Positions 56,901 through 61,900 of a stretch of 64,000 bases of DNA are shown here, one piece after another. The stretch lies in NCBI RefSeq assembly GCF_002571385.2, contig NW_019217897.1, positions 80,847-144,846 on the forward strand, written 5' to 3'. Below the pieces are notes generated by a model. The model saw only the letters and a program-made list of their open reading frames with translations, was not told the DNA's origin and made no database searches. Source of the DNA: Stylophora pistillata (taxonomy: Eukaryota). The position numbers were made by a program, and so were the translations under genes. Position 1 is the stretch's first letter. Every line of letters begins with the position of its first letter.

Positions 56901-58605
56901 TTTTATGGTGCATAGGTTCATATTGTTTTAGCAACAAAACTATTTAATGAAATTCACTGTAAACAAAGCTAAATGCAAATATTATGAGAGCCTGGGCAAA
57001 AATACATTGGTAGATCTGACTAAATGGATACACGTTTTGTCCGTTTTATAATGCACTAATTTTTCCCAAAATCAACATATTTCCAAGTCTGAACTAAACC
57101 TGGATAAGTAGTTTATTCCCCTAATCTACATACATAACTGGCCATAAAGTTAATAGTGCAAGTAAATAATTTCCGCAATATTGACTTCTCATAAGGACTA
57201 TCAAAGAAAGAATGCAAATGGAAGGTGTCAATGACCACTTTGGTGAACTAATTATTTTTTTCTTCGAGATCACGATTAAATTTTTCCAAATGAAACATCA
57301 TCTCAATGATTTTGCGTAAAATAGACGAGGAATCAAAATTGTAAATGACTCAGCACACCCTGCTGTTTCTGTACAAACATTTGTCTGACAAGATTATTAA
57401 AACGGCAGATTAAGGAAACTTGATATATATATATCATCGTTTACAACAAAGCCACAACACAACACAAGCAGCATGAACATACACAAAAAGCGAAATTTGT
57501 TTCCCCACCTCAGAATAATCTCCGCTAGTGTATTCGCTCCCGCTGATATAGCTTCCCGATTGCGAGTTTTGCTCTTGTTCCGCCTGGAAATGGGCAAAAT
57601 ATAACAAAGTTTGTTTTAATATTTAAGAGCATACAGCGTCGAAGGTCATTGACTACAAAAACCGCGTCTTCCGTTGTTACGCGTTGGCCCACGCACCATA
57701 CATGAATCACAAATACTTTTCTGAACAATTTAACTTCGTAAGGAAAGCAAATTTGCGAAAAAGCAGACTTATGGAGCAACAAATAAACATCGAAAACAAT
57801 ATATTAGGATCTGCGGCTTCTGGTGTATTTTTTTAATATAGGTCTCACGAGTGTCACAATTATGTTTATGCCTGACCATGCGATCCTCTGATCTCAAATA
57901 TCGGATTTCCAAAAACGGTAGATGCGTGTGCAACAACTCAAGGTTCAAAACTAAATAAAATCTATCATCTAAGTTCTAACTTTATAAAGGCATGGTTTGT
58001 GTAGATATTAATCAATTTTCTCACAAAAACTTAGAAAATATCTATCCAACTCAACGTGTCAATATCAACGCACACTTGCTACTTTCATGATCCATTTCCT
58101 CTCTGACTCTAATCAATCTATGAGAAATATCTCTTCCAACTTACGTCAAAAGGGATTGGAGAGCCCACTTCGGAAGCGATAGAAGGCGCATCTCTATCCG
58201 TGTCTGCTTGGCTTATTTCCTCCACTTCAACGTCTTCTCCTTCATTCTTGGGGACTTTTTCTTCGACAGCAACTGCAGCTTCAGGTTGTGCAGGCTTCGT
58301 GCCGCGGTCTTGCGAGGTGCTTCTTCTCCGTCTTCGCTCTCCAGGTGAAGGACTCCGCGCGGAACCACTGGTGGAAGACCTGTCTTTTTTCTTCTTTTTC
58401 TTCGTTCCTGTGCCTGATTTCTTCTTCTGGAACATCTTCAGCTGCAAATAAAAAACAACAAGGAAGGCTTAGAGAGCAGCTGAAATGCAAACTGGTACGG
58501 GTAGTTTATGAACTTCGCGCGCTCGGCCACGTCACACAGTTGAATTCTTACCTTCTCCTTTCCTGCCTCCAGTTTTTTCTGTCTTTCTGAATCGTCACTT
58601 TCCAT
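5527..58605 (-). CDS. AKAP9: Pericentrin/AKAP9 (AKAP450/CG-NAP)-family giant centrosomal coiled-coil scaffold with PACT domain; 41 coding exons, about 5,600 aa (gene-level span)
   Basis: Exons traced with GT-AG sites and matching phases. N-terminus MESDDSERQKKLEAGKEK|LKMFQKKK resembles AKAP9 MEDEERQKKLEAGK. Mid block GLELSQRQ...RLRSAAQKLLE..QWNQARTAQKELL and WSAEKQALLEAVQSLK..DWRTDLL..DRDSFLAEIHEL match recalled AKAP9/PCNT conserved regions. PACT core KAESFRKALVYQKKYLLLLLGGF...SRFRTAGRAVLAIQRMNFL. Terminal SLNLYIHRLESLQNRLG. Probably co-orthologous to vertebrate AKAP9 and PCNT. Confidence 0.92.
6006..7041 (-). CDS. AKAP9: AKAP9/PCNT-like exon 40: PACT domain plus long S/R/T/P/H-rich tail
   Basis: KAESFRKALVYQKKYLLLLLGGF PACT signature; CAG acceptor, G|GTAAGA donor. 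Confidence 0.93.
7687..7902 (-). CDS. AKAP9: AKAP9/PCNT-like exon 39 (EREMWAQERARSQQALRSAEAEL)
   Basis: CAG acceptor, GTGGGT donor, 216 nt. Confidence 0.87.
7998..8183 (-). CDS. AKAP9: AKAP9/PCNT-like exon 38 (RQNTELAEFVSKLNEEKKELRNAL)
   Basis: CAG acceptor, GTAATG donor; resembles the pre-PACT block of AKAP9/PCNT. Confidence 0.87.
8886..8979 (-). CDS. AKAP9: AKAP9/PCNT-like exon 37
   Basis: TAG acceptor, GTAAGT donor, phase 2-0. Confidence 0.83.
9447..9571 (-). CDS. AKAP9: AKAP9/PCNT-like exon 36
   Basis: CAG acceptor, AG|GTAACG donor, phase 0-2. Confidence 0.83.
10028..10318 (-). CDS. AKAP9: AKAP9/PCNT-like exon 35
   Basis: CAG acceptor, GTCTGT donor, 291 nt. Confidence 0.85.
11112..11299 (-). 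CDS. AKAP9: AKAP9/PCNT-like exon 34
   Basis: TAG acceptor, GTACTG donor, phase 1-0. Confidence 0.83.
11643..11801 (-). CDS. AKAP9: AKAP9/PCNT-like exon 33
   Basis: CAG acceptor, G|GTAAAA donor, phase 1-1. Confidence 0.83.
12076..13664. mobile_element. Non-autonomous DNA transposon, Kolobok-like, spanning an assembly gap
   Basis: TTAA on both sides; TIR GGTGGCTCGTAC / GTACGAGCCATC. Confidence 0.6.
13675..13850 (-). mobile_element. SINE body with Deu/Nin-like core
   Basis: Minus strand GTCTTCTCGGACTAGGACGAC..ACCGTAAGCCCCGTC..GACGTCAGAGAACCCACGCAC resembles the Deu/Nin SINE domain (recalled). Confidence 0.5.
14082..14146. repeat. (ATT)n microsatellite beginning at the exon 32 donor
   Basis: About 20 units with few interruptions. 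Confidence 0.95.
14148..14434 (-). CDS. AKAP9: AKAP9/PCNT-like exon 32
   Basis: CAG acceptor, G|GTAATA donor, phase 2-1. Confidence 0.85.
15641..15812 (-). CDS. AKAP9: AKAP9/PCNT-like exon 31
   Basis: CAG acceptor, GTGAGT donor, phase 1-2. Confidence 0.84.
16184..16259 (-). CDS. AKAP9: AKAP9/PCNT-like exon 30
   Basis: TAG (NAGNAG) acceptor, GTAAGA donor, phase 0-1. Confidence 0.8.
16414..16524 (-). CDS. AKAP9: AKAP9/PCNT-like exon 29 (MEHLRKKDRDSFLAEIHEL)
   Basis: AG acceptor, GTGAGT donor; resembles AKAP9 ADRRSLLSEIQAL. Confidence 0.85.
16662..16754 (+). mobile_element. tRNA-derived SINE head (truncated)
   Basis: A box TAGCTCAATGG, B box GGTTCGAGCCC, no acceptor stem. Confidence 0.7.
16812..16895 (-). 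CDS. AKAP9: AKAP9/PCNT-like exon 28, 3' end lost in gap (VFEKDKDVLVAELRT...)
   Basis: AAG acceptor, open frame running into N gap 16791-16811. Confidence 0.78.
17364..17426 (-). CDS. AKAP9: AKAP9/PCNT-like exon 27 (PSGKLHEEADWRTDLLNAVQK)
   Basis: CAG acceptor, GTACGT donor; DWR..LL motif as in AKAP9/PCNT. Confidence 0.85.
17696..17849 (-). mobile_element. tRNA-derived SINE (interrupted by Penelope-like insertion)
   Basis: Minus strand TAACTCAGTTGGTAGAGC (A box) and GGTTCAAATCC (B box); continues at 18117. Confidence 0.7.
17850..18115. mobile_element. Penelope-like insertion (family A), inverted arms, nested in a tRNA-SINE
   Basis: About 98-bp arms 17907-18004 and 18019-18116; TSD TGGTCATTATGTTG 17836-17849 and 18116-18129; hammerhead-like TCGACGA-AGGGCTAACGCTC-GAAACGTC. 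Confidence 0.82.
18432..18632 (-). CDS. Duplicate copy of exon 26
   Basis: Apparently identical to 19716-19916, offset 1284 bp. Confidence 0.5.
18737..19039 (-). CDS. Duplicate copy of exon 23 (tandem duplication or alternate haplotype)
   Basis: Near-identical to 22226-22528 with a few substitutions (e.g. F vs I); splice sites intact; next to single N at 18728. Confidence 0.45.
19716..19916 (-). CDS. AKAP9: AKAP9/PCNT-like exon 26 (WSAEKQALLEAVQSLK)
   Basis: CAG acceptor, GTAAGG donor, 201 nt; apparently identical copy at 18432-18632. Confidence 0.83.
20001..20102. repeat. Perfect 41-bp-arm inverted repeat
   Basis: 20001-20041 is the reverse complement of 20062-20102; 20-nt spacer. Confidence 0.9.
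20628..20782 (-). CDS. AKAP9: AKAP9/PCNT-like exon 25
   Basis: TAG acceptor, GTAAGA donor, phase 1-0. Confidence 0.83.
20970..21063 (-). mobile_element. Penelope-like insertion (family A relative) with canonical hammerhead core
   Basis: TSD CAAAGTTTAAAG 20958-20969 and 21064-21075; minus strand CTGACGA-AAGGCTAACAGCC-GAAACGTC-AG. Confidence 0.75.
21076..21432. mobile_element. MITE with long imperfect TIRs
   Basis: TATGTCGGGAGAATCCCAGACGGTC...GATCGTCAGGGATTTTCCCGACACATA. Confidence 0.55.
21453..21693 (-). CDS. AKAP9: AKAP9/PCNT-like exon 24
   Basis: TAG acceptor, G|GTCAGT donor, phase 0-1. Confidence 0.84.
22226..22528 (-). CDS. AKAP9: AKAP9/PCNT-like exon 23
   Basis: CAG acceptor, GTGTGG donor, 303 nt; near-identical copy at 18737-19039. 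Confidence 0.85.
22983..23630 (-). CDS. AKAP9: AKAP9/PCNT-like exon 22
   Basis: TAG acceptor, GTTAGT donor, 648 nt. Confidence 0.86.
24503..25108 (-). CDS. AKAP9: AKAP9/PCNT-like exon 21
   Basis: CAG acceptor, GTGAGA donor, 606 nt. Confidence 0.86.
25894..27144 (-). CDS. AKAP9: AKAP9/PCNT-like exon 20
   Basis: CAG acceptor, GTATAC donor, 1251 nt, phase 0-0. Confidence 0.87.
27333..27400 (-). CDS. AKAP9: AKAP9/PCNT-like exon 19 (RLRSAAQKLLE)
   Basis: CAG acceptor, GTAATA donor, phase 1-0; resembles AKAP9 RLQAAVEKLLE. Confidence 0.87.
28151..28614 (-). CDS. AKAP9: AKAP9/PCNT-like exon 18 (contains GLELSQRQ conserved block)
   Basis: CAG acceptor, G|GTACGG donor, phase 2-1. Confidence 0.87.
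28726..28877 (-). CDS. AKAP9: AKAP9/PCNT-like exon 17
   Basis: TAG acceptor, AG|GTGTGG donor, phase 0-2. Confidence 0.83.
29404..29460 (-). CDS. AKAP9: AKAP9/PCNT-like exon 16 (VENEKLSNKLQEKQSLIKE)
   Basis: TAG acceptor, GTGTGT donor, 57 nt. Confidence 0.8.
29669..29843. mobile_element. MITE with CAGGGCTC termini; second copy in opposite orientation at 37820-37963
   Basis: CAGGGCTCGAC...GTTGAGCCCTG; flanks AGAGTCG / AGAGTCC; internal sequence shared with 37820-37963. Confidence 0.7.
29854..30033 (-). CDS. AKAP9: AKAP9/PCNT-like exon 15 (ELNHVKSDLAAAEERA...)
   Basis: TAG acceptor, GTGGGA donor, 180 nt open. Confidence 0.85.
30772..31350 (-). CDS. AKAP9: AKAP9/PCNT-like exon 14
   Basis: TAG acceptor, GTAAAG donor, phase 0-0. 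Confidence 0.86.
31790..32133 (-). CDS. AKAP9: AKAP9/PCNT-like exon 13
   Basis: CAG acceptor, GTTTGT donor, phase 1-0. Confidence 0.85.
33001..33885. repeat. Tandem array of about 115-120 bp units inside a TTAA MITE, spanning a gap
   Basis: GGACGTACAGAACTTCTTTAGTTGGCGATGATTACTCTTATCCTCGCGACC recurs on both sides of the gap. Confidence 0.7.
34096..36023 (-). CDS. AKAP9: AKAP9/PCNT-like exon 12
   Basis: TAG acceptor, G|GTAAAG donor, 1928 nt, phase 2-1. Confidence 0.87.
36530..37326 (-). CDS. AKAP9: AKAP9/PCNT-like exon 11
   Basis: TAG acceptor, AG|GTAATA donor, phase 0-2. Confidence 0.87.
37378..37684. repeat. Palindromic interspersed repeat; related copy around 7286-7525
   Basis: ACAACTATT..GTGGATATTTACC-GAGCCGCGAAGCGGC-GAGGTAAATATCCAC..AATAGTTGT hairpin. 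Confidence 0.6.
38189..38233 (-). ncRNA. Minimal type I hammerhead ribozyme motif (sense to the host pre-mRNA)
   Basis: Reverse-complement copy of the 38297-38341 motif with intact core. Confidence 0.72.
38297..38341 (+). ncRNA. Minimal type I hammerhead ribozyme motif
   Basis: TGACT-CTGATGA-TGAC..GTC-GAAAC-GTC-AGTCA: canonical CUGAUGA and GAAA core, helix I TGACT/AGTCA, predicted cleavage after GUC at 38336. Confidence 0.75.
38917..39140 (-). CDS. AKAP9: AKAP9/PCNT-like exon 10
   Basis: AAG acceptor, GTGAGT donor, phase 1-0. Confidence 0.82.
39835..40009 (-). CDS. AKAP9: AKAP9/PCNT-like exon 9
   Basis: CAG acceptor, G|GTAGGA donor, phase 0-1. Confidence 0.85.
41026..41270. mobile_element. 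MITE with CAGG..GTAGCTAG termini
   Basis: CAGGCCTGTAGCTAG...CTAGCTACGGCCCTG; AATGT duplicated on both sides; subterminal AAGACGAGGCAA inverted. Confidence 0.65.
47349..47778 (-). CDS. AKAP9: AKAP9/PCNT-like exon 8 (acceptor position less certain)
   Basis: TAG acceptor at 47779-47781 is the one I found satisfying phase 2; CAG|GTGTTG donor phase 0. Confidence 0.75.
48261..48448 (-). CDS. AKAP9: AKAP9/PCNT-like exon 7
   Basis: CAG acceptor, AG|GTAAAT donor, phase 0-2. Confidence 0.82.
48911..49332 (-). CDS. AKAP9: AKAP9/PCNT-like exon 6
   Basis: AG/GT bounded, phase 1-0, coiled coil. Confidence 0.85.
49469..49592 (+). mobile_element. Penelope-like insertion (family A), single arm
   Basis: TSD TGAATTCAAAAT 49457-49468 and 49593-49604. 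Confidence 0.8.
49956..51996 (-). CDS. AKAP9: AKAP9/PCNT-like exon 5
   Basis: TAG acceptor, G|GTATGG donor, 2041 nt, phase 0-1. Confidence 0.88.
52401..52631 (-). CDS. AKAP9: AKAP9/PCNT-like exon 4
   Basis: AG/GT bounded, 231 nt, coiled coil, phase 0-0. Confidence 0.85.
53099..54832 (-). CDS. AKAP9: AKAP9/PCNT-like exon 3 (coiled coil with internal repeats)
   Basis: TAG acceptor, GTAAGT donor, 1734 nt open; in-frame alternative donor possible at 53063. Confidence 0.88.
56243..56453. mobile_element. MITE of about 210 bp with TTAACCCT termini (piggyBac-like); related copies near 5095-5303, 10475-10684, 32915-33863, 39432-39590, 40810-41015, 52677-52805, 60816-61023
   Basis: TTAACCCTTTAACTC...GAGTTAAAGGGTT inverted ends; shared internal motifs (AAGGAGAATTTG, AAGGAGAAATTAG) among copies. 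Confidence 0.7.
58145..58441 (-). CDS. AKAP9: AKAP9/PCNT-like exon 2 (basic K-rich segment)
   Basis: CAG acceptor, GTAAGT donor, 297 nt, phase 0-0. Confidence 0.88.
58552..58605 (-). CDS. AKAP9: AKAP9/PCNT-like exon 1 (MESDDSERQKKLEAGKEK)
   Basis: GCCATGG start, AAG|GTAAGA donor, phase 0. Confidence 0.9.
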
Positions 58606-58893
58606 GGCGAAGCAATCGAGAGTTTCTGTCTCTTTCACCAGGAGATTTTACGGAAATATCATTTACGCACGCTCCGATCCACTTTGATTTTCACAACCGC
58701 CATTTTGCAGCCTTGTTGTCAGCTCTTCGTAACATTGATCACGTGAGTTCCGCTTACGTTCGGCTACTTTCGAGACTAAACGAACTAAACGAAGTTTTGC
58801 GAGATACAGGGCTGAGAAAGAACTGGGAAACAATGACAATGCAAATCGCGAACCAAGTGCAGTGTGGGTAAATTGGTGGGGAAAAAAATCAAT
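58606..58893. promoter_or_regulatory. Bidirectional promoter shared by the AKAP9/PCNT-like gene and PSMD11
   Basis: Divergent ATGs 288 bp apart; CpG-rich; YY1-like CCGCCATTTTG 58697-58707, E-box TCACGTGA 58739-58746, ARE-like ATGACAATGCA 58833-58843. Confidence 0.8.
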
Positions 58894-58978
58894 ATGGCGA
58901 CAGAGAATGAACTTGAACTAGCTGAAGAAATGGCAAATTCCTCGCCAGAACAAGCGATGGAATTACTTTCCTCTATTG
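58894..58978 (+). CDS. PSMD11: PSMD11 exon 1
   Basis: AATATGG start, G|GTGGGT donor, phase 1. Confidence 0.85.
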
Positions 58979-61900
58979 GTGGGTTACGGCTATAGTATTC
59001 AAGGCTAACGTTATGTTTTTTTTCCGATGAATGGATTCAAACATTTCAATGAGTGGTAATTAAGTTCTTATGGATGGACTGTCTTGCAAATTATGTCTTT
59101 TAGTAAAGCGTGACTTTCGCACCGGAGACGAAGAGGGGATCAAAATGAAAGAACAAGCTATTCTAAATCTTGGAAATATGCTCTCAAAGCACGGAAAAGC
59201 AGAGGGTATGAAATCAACTTTTGTTCTTTTTTTCCTTCAAAATGAATGTTATAACTGACAATTCCTGAAAATTCCACTTAAGCTCTCAAATAAACATTTT
59301 AAAATAAGATCAAGACTTCTGCGTAGTACCAGTGATTTCAAAACCGTTAGTTTTGAAGGCCAGGAGGGCCTTCTTATCCTGGGGAGGCATGTTGCGTTTT
59401 GATGTCGGTTCAGTTGGGGTTCTCCGTTGTTCCTAGATGTCTACCAATAATTAATTTAAAAATGATTAGTTGTATGTTAAGAGTACAGTAACTTTTGTGT
59501 AGAGGTTACAACATTGTAATCAGTGCTAGGCAGCTGATATTGAAACCTCTAAGTACCACTCTAAGTAACTATCATCTGATTTGTTCATCAGAACTTGGAG
59601 GACTTATCAAGTATATTCGACCATTCCTGAAAATGGTATCAAAAGCAAAGGCCGCCAAGCTTGTTAGGAACCTTGTAGATTTGTTTCTTGACATGGAAGC
59701 ATCAACCGGCATGGAGGTAAAAACGTTAGTTTACTACTGATTTAAAAAATGATTAAGATTCTACAACCACCCTGATTTGTCAAAAACTTATTGTTTATTG
59801 CCCTGAGAAGCCCATAGAAAATTTGATGTAATTTTATAAAAGTAAGAGATGGCACTTTCTATTGAAAAAAAAAAAAGGATAATAAATTACTTACCAAGGG
59901 CTAGTGATTTTCAAAATTTTCCTATGTTCTCCCAACATCCCATGATGTGGATTATTACACCACTAAACTGAAGGTAAGAGTGGTATTTTGCTCAAATATT
60001 ATGTTTCCTCTGTATTATCATTTTGGGATAATGGTTTTGATTTGATTCAATTTCAATGTAAATTTAAGATTTATATAAATGATAGCTTTTCTTGGACTCT
60101 ACTATGATTTAATGGTGAAAAGAAGTTTTGACATAATTTTGTATTCTCTTGTATCAGGTTGAGCTCTGCAATGAATGCATTGATTGGGCCAAAGAAGAAA
60201 AAAGAACGTTTTTACGACAGGCTCTCGAGGTTTGTGTTGTGAAATCTAAATAATTGCAATTTAGTGTCTGCTATACCTGTACCTGACTGTGAATCTCAGA
60301 AAACCTTGAGCAGCAAAAGTATTGGTGGAATTTTGCTACTTATGAACAAAAATTGGAAACAACAGGATGTGTCTGTCATTTTATCCTTTCTTAGAAATTC
60401 ACTGATTAGTCTCAACTGCTCTTGATCTGGTTTTCAAGCCTCAAGTCTAAGTGTATAATAACAGCAGTGGGTTACTGGTGATGATTTTTAACTTGAGGCA
60501 TTGTTGTAGTTAATTAATTCCAGTATATGTTTTGCCACTTTGATTAATGGTAGAAATAGTGTTCTTTTTTTGGTAGCATGTACTTACCCACTTGGTGTTA
60601 TTTGTCATTTTAGGCAAAACTGGTTGGTTTGTATCTGGACACTAAAAACTATAGCAAAGCCTTACAATTAGGTGAGTATACTAGCACTAAGTGACTTTTT
60701 TCCATCTAAGTTATGCATGCCTCTTTTTAAGCTACAAATGGCTTGAACCTTGTATTGACTGGTGTTATAGTCTGATTGTGCAGTAGAGAGTAGTCATGAA
60801 AAAGACTGTTGTCATGAACCCTACTTCCAAGATCTGATTAGTAAGTCTCCTTACTGTCTGCCATACAATTCTTATGATGTAAGTCAGAGAATTTGGTATT
60901 GGATCAACTAACAATCCCCTGACTGATATCTTTATTTATTCTCATCACTTGTCTGCTTGATATTATATCGATATTGTAAGGAGAAATTATGTCCTGGTCA
61001 CTCCTGGAGTTATAAAGGGTTAAAAGCAAGTGATATTTTGACAACCTGTGGTGAAGTCACCATTGGTGACAAGTGACTCAGTTCTTACTCTGATGATGAC
61101 TCAGTTGACACTGATGGTGTCTTTTTCAGAGGGTATGAATAACATTGGTCATTACCACTGTCACTCAAACAATCTGATCACTTGATCAACTCTATAATTA
61201 TAACAACAACAGACATCAGGTACTCAGTGGTGATGAGGTGGGGAGGTTTATAAAACGTGGTATTTTGCAAACTATGGCAGGAATGTTAGCTCTTTGAAAG
61301 GTTTTGTTGCCTACTTTCACCTACATCATTACAATGCTTTCAATAAGATTTAAAATAGGTGGCTACCTCGGTACAACACCCGCCGGAGAGCGACTTGATT
61401 GCGACTTAGCGTGGCGGATGCGACTTGAGCGCGGTGAAATATACCCAGCGACTCGCAACAGAATAGCCGCCGGAGCTCCGGCGGGTGCCAGGTCTTATTG
61501 AAAGCACTGCATTATCATTAAACAGGTTCGAAACTCTTAAAAGAGCTCAAGAAACTTGATGACAAAGCATTACTGGTTGAAGTCCAGTTGTTGGAGAGCA
61601 AGGTTTACCACAATCTTAGCAACATTCCTAAGTCAAGGTTAGATATTTTGGTGTGTTTGTTGCATTTTTTTTTTGTTTTTAGATATTTTCAAATGATATC
61701 CTTACAAAACTGCTTTCCCCTTTTATGCACTGAATGTGCTAATGAAATAAAGGACAACAATCCTGTAAAACAGAGTTTCCAGTAAAAAAAAAAAGTTTGT
61801 ACTGATAAGCATGTAACTTTCACTCACTTATTTGCCGTAAATGATGCCTTACCAAGTATAAGATTAACTCAGTGTAGTAAGCCATTAAATGCTTATTATA

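Noticed and set aside
47349-58605. Treating exons 1-8 as a separate golgin-like gene
   Set aside because: Exon 1 has the AKAP9/PCNT N-terminal motif and exon 8 is phase-compatible with exon 9; kept only as a possible alternative isoform.
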